Source: Chrysomallon squamiferum
Taxonomy: Eukaryota; Animalia; Mollusca
Direction of reading: 5' to 3'
Length of the DNA: 64,000 bases
NCBI GenBank assembly: GCA_012295275.1
Contig: CM022672.1
Span: forward strand, 27,590,001 to 27,654,000
Of this stretch, positions 27,669 through 40,057 are shown in pieces. Position 1 is the first letter of the stretch. Every line of letters starts with the position of its first letter. The translations under genes and the position numbers were made by a program. Below the pieces are notes generated by a model that saw nothing but the letters and a program-made list of their open reading frames with translations, searched no databases and was not told the origin of the DNA.

Positions 27669-28753
27669 GTGAATGTCACCCTTATTTATGTTTATTAAAT
27701 AATTATTATTGCAGCCAATTCTAAGCGCTCACCTTAAACCTCTCACTGCAGTAAGATGGGACGCCTTACCGTACATTTCACCACACATCAAGCCAGCTTT
27801 ACCATCGCCATACTACATGGAAAATACAGACCCAAATAAAAACTTCATGTCGGGTAATTATATATTTTTATTTAGCGACAACAATAGCAACAACAGCAAC
27901 AACAACAAGATTAATAACTATAACGATGACGCTAATTATATGATGAAGTCAATAATGATAGCGGCGAAAATGATGATGATAATGAAAAAAAAAAAATAAT
28001 GATGATGATTATAAACGATAGTAATAAAGATAATGATGATGATGATGATGATGATAATAATAATAATAATAATAGTATCTAGATTATAAGACGGGTCGAG
28101 CTATAGCTCCGCTGCAGTCGACAGAGGATCAAGACTTTTGCATCTTTTAAACTTTTTATTTCCCGATCAAACTATGTTCAGTGATATAATAATACTATCG
28201 TCGCAAAATGTTTTTTAAAAGTTGTCTTTGTGTTTCTTTTGTGATAAGTTTTCTTTATGTGCACACATGCAGGCTACAAAGGATTTGTTCCGAGAGCCCG
28301 TAATGTCTTTGGAAAAGGCTACCCAGAACTGACCAACAAAGCTTTGATAACATTCACAGATGAAATGAACAAATTTAAGAGTCTGAAAAACGAACCGATT
28401 ATTATAAAACGAGAACCAGAAACCACATGCACACCACAAGACCTCCGGGAGATCTATCCCGTGGGGTCGGGAATGATCCCAGATTACACAGGACACATCC
28501 CTGGTACGTTTCTCTTTTTTTTGAGAGGTGTGGGGTGGGGTGGAGAAGATAATTTTTTTTATTTTTTTTTTGTTTTTTTGCAATTATTTACAAATGTGAA
28601 TGAGTATGTATTTATGTGGAAAGTTTTCTGTACCAGTAATTGGTTTCACTAAAAAAAAAAAAATAATAATAATATGTTTTATTTTTTACTGATTTAATAT
28701 GAGTAAATTTGACGTATATTTGTTTTGCATTTTTTAAATCTTTAAAGTGCTTC

Positions 28754-28849
<96 letters not shown>

Positions 28850-28971
28850 GTAAAACATTATATTATATTATGTTAAATTTTATTTCAGGCCAAAAGTTTC
28901 GATATGGAGAAACGTTTGGAGTGAGCACAAAACAAATATTTAGCAATCCAGCAGGAGTTAACTGCACTTAA
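24997..28971 (+). CDS. FAM166B: Ciliary microtubule inner protein 2 (FAM166/CIMIP2 family), ~304 aa
   Basis: Exons 24997-25058, 26731-26969, 27211-27371, 27715-27853, 28273-28503, 28889-28971 (915 nt, phases consistent). Motifs FLTPDPYHTPGYCGFCPQFKYEIGETFGRTT, MVPGYSGFIP, FMSGYKGFVP and MIPDYTGHIPGQKFRYGETFG are typical FAM166 repeats. The exact vertebrate paralog (A or B) cannot be resolved. Confidence 0.92.
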
Positions 28972-30752
28972 AGATAGGATGATACTTGTTCCAGACCAGC
29001 GGCAGAAACAAAATGGCAGAGTCAAACAGGATAGAGTGGAATTATATGGAAATATAAATTAATTGCATAAGCCAGTTTACCTAATTTAATTTTAATTTAA
29101 TTTTTTTTTTTTAACTTATTATTACAGATAATGTATCAACGTATAAACGATTTTGTTTATTTGAAATTATATTCCATAATGTAATGACCATCTAGACATA
29201 ATTATTTGTTATTGTACCCTTTTCTTTTTCTTATTTCTTTTTCTTAATAATACAGAGGTCATTCTAAATTTGTCAAAGTCCATAAGTTATTGTTATTTTG
29301 AGCTATAATATTTATTAACGTTTTTACAAAGTTCTTTTAAATAATGGAATAATCATCAATTATATAATCTTCTATTAGCGTTATTATCATCATTATTAAT
29401 AATTCTTAAATTGAATTGTTGTGTAAATATATATTAAGAGAAAATCATTGTGGCCTGGAATAAATTTACAGGTGAAATGACTTTAATTAGAAATATCTAC
29501 AATAAATGGAACAAATGGTGTTTTTTAAAGTATCAGTAATGAAAAATGAAACTCTTTTCACCGCTATTAAAACAACAGACTATTGCGAAACAAAGCATTT
29601 TGAATGTCTTTATATTTATGATTATATTATTTATTTATTTATTATTATTGTTGTTGTTGTTATTATTATTATTATTTTAACGATTATCATTAAATGAAAG
29701 CTCATAAAATAAATTAAAGCTACGCTTTAAGTTTAAGAACATTTCCATTGCAACTGACGAATCCAGTTTTGAAAAATAATATTTACTTTTCTTTTAGTTT
29801 ATCTTCTTGTTTTTTTGTTGGTTTTTTTTTTGTTGGTTTTTATTTATTAAGTTAAACAAGCTATTGCCTTCTTGCTGCTTAAATGAAAAAAGAGAAGAAA
29901 AAAGAAATAGAATTAATATATATATATATAAAATCTTATTTATGTTTTTGTTCTCTTTATAACAACCTACATTTCGCTGGTTTTACATTTTAATCGTTTA
30001 TATCTAAATTTGAATATTTTTAATATTTCGTTATTCTTGAATGTTATTTTGAAGAATACCCGGTTTCGATTAGTTTTTTCAATGGTATATTTAAAATTTT
30101 AACGGTTTCCATTAGTTCTATCAATGCAAATGATAAATCACATATAACAAAATTTGCAGCAACGATTTTAATTTTTATTTAATCTAAAATTTTGAGAATG
30201 GAAGCAATTTTAATGATAATGAACCGTAAACATTTTGAAATTATATATATTAAAAATTACAATATTAAAAATCACTTGATGGCTGATAATAAGAGTAGGA
30301 TTCGAAGCACAGTGTTGAGAGATAAAATTAAGTTTAGTGTCTTGCATATTTATTTTTGTGTAACATTATGATCATACATTTTTACTACTCATCTGTATAT
30401 CATGCATTTACTTAAATTATATGTTGATGTTTTATTATTGTATATATTTTGCTCTATGTTAAAATTTAAAATATTATATCTATTGTGTACAAAATGCAGA
30501 TCTTTATAAAACTTAAGACTATGAAAATAAAAGCGATATTTTTCTTTTTGCAGATATAATTAATTTTTTGTATTGAAATTCGACAGCAGTTCCAGAATAT
30601 CTGAAAATTGAATGTTATAGTTAAGCAGATATAGATAAACACACAAACAAACAGACGCACACGCACACATACGTACATATGTATAAAACATGAGGGAAAG
30701 GTTTGAAAACAATTCTATGGTATAAAAGCTTAACCTGTTACACATCCTGCTA

Positions 30753-30793
<41 letters not shown>

Positions 30794-30942
30794 ATAATAA
30801 TTAATATAATGAAAAGAACAAGAATCAGCTGATACAGAATTTATTTAATAAAAAAGAAGAAGAAAAAGAACAGTATGAAGAATTATATAGCGTAGACAAA
30901 ACTCAGTCTTGTCTTAATCTGTTTTCCGTTTGTAATTTTGAT

Positions 30943-33833
30943 TTAATCACAGTCAAGTTTAACACGATCGAGTTGACAGCCATCAGTCATGTTACATGCC
31001 TGTTTAAATGAAGACGTTTTCAGTCTGTTCAGGTATGTATCTCTGATAGCGTCTTGGTCTTCTGTGCAGGATTTATACTTGTAACTGTCTGCATTGTAAT
31101 CAACAGGTACGCCAGGTGCAAACACTTCAGCTGTAATAAATGAATGAATAAAAATAAATAAATAAATAAATTAATAAATGGCAAATAAGAAGAGAGATCC
31201 AAAATTAAATTCATATGTGTGTGTGTGTGTGTGTGTATGTCTATATATATATATATATACACACACACACAATACATAAACAAAATGGTATTTTAATTCG
31301 TTTTGAAAAATTATTATTACGAATAAAAACTTTTCATTCTTAGTTATACATATCAACGATTTTACACACTACATGAAAAATCAACATAACCTACAACAAG
31401 TTAGTTATTTGTGGACTAAATTTTCTATAAATAGCTATATACAAACTGAATGTTGTAAACAATGTATAAAATATGAACCGATGCAGTTTGGGAGAGGGCG
31501 GTTTGGAACCCACTGTCCTGATGCACCACACACCCACAGTTGACGATGGTCCTCCCCTGCCGGCAGACTCGCCTTTTCTGAACAAAACACCATACAAATC
31601 TGGGCGTAGTCTTCACCCCAGCCATTGCACACCTTCGCTCCACTCACAGGAATGTTGAGAGGTTTGCACGGCGTCGCTGGATGAAGAGGTAATGAGGAAA
31701 TGTTCTAAGTGTAATTCCAGAGTGACCATTCACACATATTAGTGATGAGAAATATCATCCAGGCACAAACATAATTATTATCATCATCACCATCTCAATC
31801 ATAATCGTCAACATTATCATTGTACTCCTCAGAAATGTGTTTGGTAATTAATATAGCGATACTCGTTTTATAAGAACACTAGGTTCTATAATTAACGGTA
31901 TTTTCAGTACAGTTTGTCTGGAGTGGTGGTGGAAATAAATGAATTTTGAAAATTTGTTTATTTATGTAATAATAATAATAATAATAATAGTAACAACAAG
32001 AACAATAATAATAATTTAACTTACGGCGAATGGATATTACAAAAATACATTTCGCTTGCATTGCATTTGAAATCTTTGTCGCTACATATTGCACCGTGAA
32101 GTCACCCCATGGAAATTCTGAGCTATTGGAACCGTAGTTGGATATTACGTTCACTTCTGTTCCCATTGGATCAGTGAATTTCGGAACTGACCAATCAACA
32201 GTCGCTTTTGAAGATTTAATGTGGACTGTGAAGTTATCCATACAATTGGTGACAACAGGGGCTTGTACGTCTGGGGTAAAAAAAAAATAATAAATAAAAC
32301 ATATTAATGAAAACGATAAACGAAAATTAATTTTGTAGTTTTTCATATTTTCATATTGGTTGCTGCGGTTTATTAATTTATTTATTACTTAATACTATTT
32401 TTATTTTATTAGTTTTTCAGCTGTAGATATTCTTTTTATTGGTTTATTCATTCCGGTTTTCGGTTGTGGCAAACAATGATCGTTATCATAAATATAATTT
32501 ATGTACTACATTATTAAATTATAATTTATAGATTATAATTACCAAATTAAATTTCTGGAGGTAGAATATAAATACGTCTGACCCTAAATCCCCGATATTT
32601 AAAAACTAACATCAGCAAACTGAGAAACAGAAACTCATTTAGGAACTGCCAATAAAAAGACATACATCTATAAGAATGTCCGTACCGGTTTGACAGAGAA
32701 CGCCTGCATAGCCTTTGACACAGTCACAGTGGAAAGTTCCGTCTCTGTTATCCACGCACGTCGCTCCGTTCCGACACGGGCCGCTGGGGCAAGGGTTGGG
32801 TGGAGCTAGAGAAAGTCATTAATTTAACATAAACAAGAAACAAATGTAGATACAAGAAAACAACCTATAGTCCTAATTACTACTATTGCTATTACTACTA
32901 CTACTAATAAATAAATAAGCAATGAAATAATGAAACAAATAAAAACAATGAAATAAAGACATTTAAAAAGAAATAAAAAAAAAAAATTGAAAAAAATAGG
33001 AAATAAATATAAAATAAAATAAAACAAAACAAACATAGAAATAAACAAATCTATAAATAAATAAAAATAATATATATTCCTGAAACCAAATTCACTGAAA
33101 ATGAAGACAGATTATAAAAACAAATAATTAGATAAATGTTAACTTCAGCTGGCTGATTTTCACAACACTCTCTTACGTGGACATTTCTGAGTATTGCACG
33201 TCTCCGTCTCGGTTCTGGAACTATTTCCCTGGCAGTCTCTGCCGCCGTAAGCCCTGCCCACACATTGTCTGTGTTTGTAAATCGTTCTGATTCCTCCGCC
33301 ACAAGAATGAGAGCAGCTGGTCCTATCAGTATACCATTCAGTCCAGACGCCATCAACTGATTTTAAAATAATCGTTTAAAACTAAATTTACTTCAAATAA
33401 TGTCAAATATCAAGTCTAGGATTTTCATATCTCAAGATCAGTTTGAAGATTTAAGTAACAGAATATTTATTAGGTTACGTTTCTTTCCTGCCCTGTACAT
33501 CAGTGTCTTATAGATAGTGCATTTTAACGTATATGAAGGTGATTGTAAAACAGAGATCAAATTTATAAAAACACAGGGAAATCTAAGAATGGATGTACAG
33601 AATTTTGTGAAAAAAAATCAAGGGTGAATGACACCCGTGGGATACAGGTACATCGACAGCAGTCGACGAACCCAACATTACTACTATTACTACTACTACT
33701 GCTACTACTACTATTACTGCTACTGATCAGAAAGGTTCTCTCTTTCCACTAATCACTGTTTATACCTTATTGGTTGGACCCGACACTACAGGGAGACAGG
33801 TTCACCTACAGCAGTCGACGAACCTGCTTCTAC

Positions 33834-33877
<44 letters not shown>

Positions 33878-34607
33878 AACAATAATAAACTGAACAATAT
33901 ACGTTATGATAATGAAGTACTTTCATGCTACAAATACATCCAGTAGTCTTTAAAATAAAATTGTCGATCAAATGTTATGAAACCAACTGTTTTGAAATGT
34001 AATAGAAAAACTGTAAAGCACTTACAATTTCTCTGTGTGTGTGTGTGTGTGTTTGTGTGTGTGTGCGTGAGTGTGTGTGTATGTGTGTGTGTGTAAGCAT
34101 GCATGTAAAACAGTAAAGATAATTATTGGAATCACCTGGACAAGGTTGATTGTTTTGACAAGATTCCGTTTTTCTTAACACAGGACAACCACACTGAGAT
34201 TCACTGACAAATTTCTGGATTCCAGCCCCACAAGTTCCACTGCACTCTCCATCATGTCTCCATCCATAACCTTGAAAAAAAAAATTAAATTAAATAAAAT
34301 TAAAAAATATAAAAATAAAAATAAAAACAACCAAATTAAATAACAACAACAACAACATGATAATAACAATAATAAAATGTTTATTCAAAATTTTATTTCA
34401 GAAATAAAAATAGAAATACTAAAAAATAATTAAATAAGGTTTATTTTATTAATATAACAAACAAATATTTTTATTTGACAAAGAAGATAAATTAATACTC
34501 GCCACATTCGCAACTGGATGAAACGGTCCTTTATAAAGAAAATATTTTAAAAAAGAAAGAAAAAAGTTGTTAGATGTAATAATAACAAGAAAAACAACAA
34601 CAGCTGA

Positions 34608-34655
<48 letters not shown>

Positions 34656-35929
34656 TTGAAAGATCACGCAGTCACTTGCAAACACAAATGCATATGCACT
34701 GGAGAAAATGGCTTCTGAAAAAAATGGCACCCGGAAGAATAGGCACTGTACAAATTTGGAAACAAATGGCAACTTATTTTTTTTTCTCTGTATAGTTGCT
34801 TTAAAAAATAACACTTTAAACAGTTTTTGAAAATACCATTTATTCATGCAGTATTGTTACAACATGCATATTAAGATATAGCATCTTTGGTTTTGTTTAA
34901 CAAAGTACAATATTATATACACATACATAAACACACATATACACAGATACAAATGCACACACACACACACATATACATACACACACACACATACATATTC
35001 ATACATATATTATATATACATACAAATAAACATGTATATATACACACATTCATACATACGTATACATACATACATATTTATTTTATTTCTGACATTAAAT
35101 CATTATGTCAAATATTATTTATGCACTGGTTTTTTATGTGCAGTTACGAATTCTTTTTTGTATGCAGGATTTCACCAATAACAAAGTGTTAATAACCAAC
35201 AATAAATAAAAATTCCGGTGACATTTTTTCTAAATCTGCATACTGCCATTTCATCCGGGTGACATTTTTTTCCGGCTACCTTTTTTTCCAGTGCCACAGC
35301 TGGAAACTGACATACAAAGAAACACACACATACTCGCATACAAACATACATATCAATTTTCCTTTTATTAAAAACAAAATGAAAATTAAAGTTTGGAGAT
35401 ATTAATAATATATTCAATGATAGCTAATATATTCGAATTTATTAAGTTCTCAGTACAGATATTTATATTAATTCTGCACGTAACGTTTAGTTCTAAGCTA
35501 AACGCACGAAAAGAAGAAGACGACGAATAAGAAGAAGAAGTCTGTTTACAAATATTTAACGTATACAAGAAAACACTTACTTGTAGGTAGTACATCGGCT
35601 CCATCCAAACCAGCCGCATGACGTGGACGTTCGAGCAGTTTTAGTGCAGTATACTCGACAGCTGCAATAAGCAAGCATCAGTCAGAACATATCAACTTTC
35701 CTTTTATCAATAAACACAAGGAAAAGCTGTGAATTTTAAAGAATGATCATGATAAATGTGTGAAGAGGTGTAAAGTTTCTAATAATAAAGCCCATATGAT
35801 ATATGGAGGTTTATTTTTCCGTACACAGACATAAATATAATTATAATTTAATATCATTTGTTACCTCTCTCCTAATGCAGTTCCCGTGTATAAAGAGAGA
35901 AAAACGTAGACAGCCAGAATCACAGCCAT
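30943..35929 (-). CDS. Secreted multidomain protein (~412 aa): signal peptide, Cys-rich SCGWFGWSRC module, 2x TSP1, EGF, HYR, sushi/CCP, C-terminal Cys domain
   Basis: Exons 35929-35865, 35661-35581, 34528-34503, 34270-34136, 33356-33177, 32805-32686, 32270-32025, 31676-31479, 31130-30943 (1239 nt, phases consistent). Signal peptide MAVILAVYVFLSLYTGTALG; TSP1 DGVWTEW..SCSHSCGGG; EGF CPSGPCRNGATC; HYR DVQAPVVTNC..VDWSVPKFTD..FPWG; CCP CKPLNIPVSG..CGASGQW. Confidence 0.85.
34695..35300. mobile_element. Probable non-autonomous DNA-transposon relic with inverted arrays of GAAAAAAATG(G/T)CAC subrepeats
   Basis: The plus strand at 34700-34750 has gaaaaaaatggcacccgga; the minus strand at 35215-35300 has gaaaaaaatgtcacccgga and variants. 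Confidence 0.45.
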
Positions 35930-36393
35930 AATCGATTTGCTGTCCTTACTTTTTCTTATTATTATAGGTCAGATATTTGTTCAGTTTTAATAAACTTCCC
36001 ATTTGTCAGACTTACCCAGAATTAGTTGGGTAGATGACGCAGAACACAAAACATAAAGATCCCTTTATGTATGTAATCCTGCTTTAACTCGTCTCTTGGT
36101 TATACAATATGTTTTATTTACGCTGTTACATCAAGCGTATTATTAATATCTTACATGTGAGGCTTGATATAATATGAATGATTACTTACAACAGCTTAAA
36201 AAAAAATAAAAATAAATAAATATAGAGATTGGTATACATGATATGATAAAACAATTTTAGTTTAAAGCAGATAATTGCCATTCTGTTCAGACTTACACAG
36301 CCAGTTGGCATACATAAAGGGATTGGGTTTTATTTTGTGCTAATAATTAACCTAAGGACTCGGAGATCTCACAACACTCATAAAGATATATTC

Positions 36394-36430
<37 letters not shown>

Positions 36431-36865
36431 GTATAATTCGTAGCAAATTTATTATTACGCTGTTTATTGTATATATGTAAGTATCCCCGTATGCCGTAGA
36501 CTATGAGTAATAAAGTTTAGTTTTAATTTAATATATACTTTCTTCTATCCCAGTGTGAATGGAAAGAACAAGTGTCAACATAACCTATACCCATGTATTT
36601 GATTACAAAAACATTCTACGTATAATTACAAACCTGGCTAAATATTCTGAATATATGTCTGTAAAATGAGGACTTAAGTTATATGTCAACAATACAATAA
36701 TAATTCTATTAATGAATAATAGGCATACTATTCTATCTGTCTGTCAGTCAATCAATTAGTCAGTCTGTCCGTCTGTCTTTCTGTCTGTCATTCTTTCTGT
36801 CTGTCTATAACAACTTCCTCAAAATTACGAGCAACAGCAATAGATATATATTTAACCTTTCTTTG

Positions 36866-37018
36866 CACAGACATAAGTATAATTATAATTTAATTATCAT
36901 TTATTATCTGTCTCTTAATGCAGTTCCGTGTATAAAGAGAGAAAAAAGTAGACAGCCAGAATCACAGCCATAATCGAACCGCTGTCCTAACTTTTTGTTA
37001 TTATTATGGGTCAGATAT
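36866..37018 (-). pseudogene. Dead duplicate of the signal-peptide exon of the TSP1/HYR gene
   Basis: Close copy of 35824-35976. ATG is at 36971, but there is a 1-nt deletion (ttccgtg vs ttcccgtg), a premature TAA, and the donor GT has become AT. Confidence 0.8.
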
Positions 37019-37030
37019 ACTTATTATTAT

Positions 37031-37139
<109 letters not shown>

Positions 37140-37247
37140 AGTTCAAAAAGAAACGTAATAAGTTTTCTTTTGGACAAACAAACATTAATTTTTATGTCTT
37201 GTTGGCAGACTCCGTCTGAACACAGGCTGGAATAACATCACTAGTAA

Positions 37248-37313
<66 letters not shown>

Positions 37314-37815
37314 GAAAACAACGGAAAACCTACACACACACAAAAGACAGTCAGAGACCTACAGAGACTAACAGAGGTATAGACACAACTATGCTTAGAT
37401 TTCCTTATGTTTTTATAATTTTGATCTCTAGTTTCACCTCTAAATAATTTCATTTCACCGATTTGAAATGCACTGTCTCAACACATCAGTTAATGATTGT
37501 TAAATATGTAATTTTAAGCAGTGATACTTTGAAACATGAAACCTGTTATTACTATTCTATCAACTACTGACAAAAAAAACATCAAGCCCATTTTACAGGC
37601 ACCTTCGTGTACGTTAAAATGCACTACCTGTAACACACTATTAATTACTGTGTGGTTACTGGGCGGGAAGGAGGTGTAACCTGATCATCTCAGAACAATC
37701 TGCAGTGTTAGGTTATCTAAATCATCGACCTGATCTTGAAATACAAAAAACCTGGACTTCATATTATACATTATTTTGCAGTAAATTTTGTTTTCAGTGA
37801 TTATTTTTTAATTAG

Positions 37816-37941
37816 CTGATGGCGTCTGGACTAGATGGTAAGCCTATATTGGTACAATCAGCTACGCTCATTCTTGTAGCGGAGGAATCGGAACTATTTA
37901 CAAACATAGACGATGTGTGAACAGAGCTTAAGGTCGCAAAC
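37816..37941 (+). pseudogene. Inverted degenerate copy of the TSP1 exon (33356-33177)
   Basis: After ttttaattag it reads DGVWTRW*AYIGTISYAHSCSGGIGTIYKHRRCVNRA*GRK, versus the functional DGVWTEWYTDRTSCSHSCGGGIRTIYKHRQCVGRAYGGR. Confidence 0.85.
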
Positions 37942-37965
37942 AAACACATACACGCAATTAATAAA

Positions 37966-38007
<42 letters not shown>

Positions 38008-38662
38008 GTAAAAACAACAAGAAAATAAGTAAACAAACAAACAAATAAAAAGATAATAGCATAAATAAGTAAAATAAATAGTTAAAAACAACAATAAACA
38101 AACAAACAATAACAAATTGTAATTTAAACCTGCTGTTGTAGTTAGCCTGCGGTATTTTGGTTCCATTAATTAAATAGATTGACAAATATCCAGATTAAAA
38201 AGCATAAAAAAAAAAAAAAAAAAAAAATTGTAAATAAATAACAGACAAGTTAATATATTATTTATTAAAAAAGAATATTAGTAAGCAAGAACATTCTGCA
38301 TTCTCTCTTTCTCAAAAAAATAAATAAATAAAATAAATAAATAAATAAATAAATAAACAAATGATTAAATAAATAAAATTAAATAACTAATAAAAAATAA
38401 CAATATAAAATAAAATTTAAAAAAATGTTAAACTTAAAACATTTAACGTATTAACATACGCATATACACAGTTAAAACTGTTCCACGCACAAGCTGTCGT
38501 CAAAATAAAATAAAATGAAACACACACATGCAATTACTATTGATCAGATATTAATTATCAGGACAAGGGAGATAACAAGGTTTGAAAGAGAAATTAATAA
38601 CAAAAGCATTAGATTTTTACGGAAATCAACGAATGTGGCCGAAGATAATCAATGGAAGCAAG

Positions 38663-40014
38663 ATGGCGAGGAAAGTGTTGTCTTCTTGCCAGCCTCAATT
38701 TAATTGTGTTAAAACATATGGTAGACTTTTATTATCATTTTGTGTATTACACTCTTATGTAATTAACAGTGTTTATACTGCTTCTGACTGTAACTTAAAG
38801 GGTTGTGAAAATGGAAAATGTGTGAACAACACTTGTGAATGTGACCGCGGTTGGTCTGGAGCATACTGTCAAAAATGTCACGGAAGAGCAAGGTATGTAT
38901 ATAAATAAATAAATAAATATTTCTATTAGGTCATATATGAATGTGACTTTGTAAACAAAACAGTTGCAAAAGATTTGTGAAATACATTTTAACAATTTTA
39001 AAACTATATTTGATGTTTATTTTATATCCTTATCTGTATTATGTATAAAAACTTTGTTAATCTTAATGACATTTCAGTTTTGTGAGCTACTAACACGAAA
39101 TCATCAATGTTATATAAATATATAATTATATACTAATACAAGAATACTAGTACTTCAGTAATTTTTAAGTTACCATAAATCGTTAGGAGCGTGAATCACG
39201 CTCCTTAGAGGAAATAGATTTTTTGTGTATGTAACTATAAGTCTATATTATTTATTTATTATTATTATTATTATCATCATCACATCAAATTTTGAAATTA
39301 ATATTTTACTTCATAAAATGTTTACAATTACAGTGTTTCCTGTGATTGTAATGAATGTCAGTAAAACAAAGCTTTAAATTTAATGAAAACTCTATTACTT
39401 GTATTAGGCCTCAAAAATATTCCATATCCACTCTAACTTTTGTTTTGTTGTTAATTTGGCACTGATACTCTCAGATATCATTGAAATTTTACATGGAGAG
39501 TTCAGTGAAAAATTTCAACCAAGCACATTTATACTTATATACAGTTTCAAAAAGCTGTTGAAATTTGTTGAATATCACATGTTTTGCATTGTGAAAATTT
39601 ATGTCACAACAGGTTATGCTAAGAAGTATCATTTTACTACAAAATATTTTTTTAAAGTTTTTAAAAATTCCAAATGGAGCCATGTATTTAAATTCAACAA
39701 ACCGTTCTTTGAATTTTTACAAAAAATCTTTCTCACAGATAAATGATAAACTAAATATATGTTTGAAAGTTGAAAAACAAGTAAAGTGTTTGCAGATGAC
39801 AATGGTGGGTGTGACTGTCAAAGGCACGTTCAGTCAATACTGTATACATTGATAAAAAAAAAAAAAAAAAAAAAAGTTAATAATAAAGGACTGATTATAA
39901 ATGAGTTGTACAAAGACATTGTAAAGGCTATCAAATTTGTCCAGAAATATTTTGGAACATTCATTTGGGTCAATCTTTACCTTTTTAACAATGTAATTTA
40001 CTTTGAAATTTTAA

Positions 40015-40057
<43 letters not shown>

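Noticed and set aside
33640-33830. Twice-repeated acagcagtcgacgaacc in an intron
   Set aside because: A short local duplication between microsatellites with no evident function.
36016-36085. Hydrophobic open segment as the signal-peptide exon
   Set aside because: It has no in-frame ATG, and 35929-35865 gives a complete signal peptide with the right phase.
38582-38662. Longer attractin N-terminus from the ORF track
   Set aside because: It starts at TTG. The ATG at 38663 (aagATGG) has the best context, although ATG 38633 cannot be excluded.
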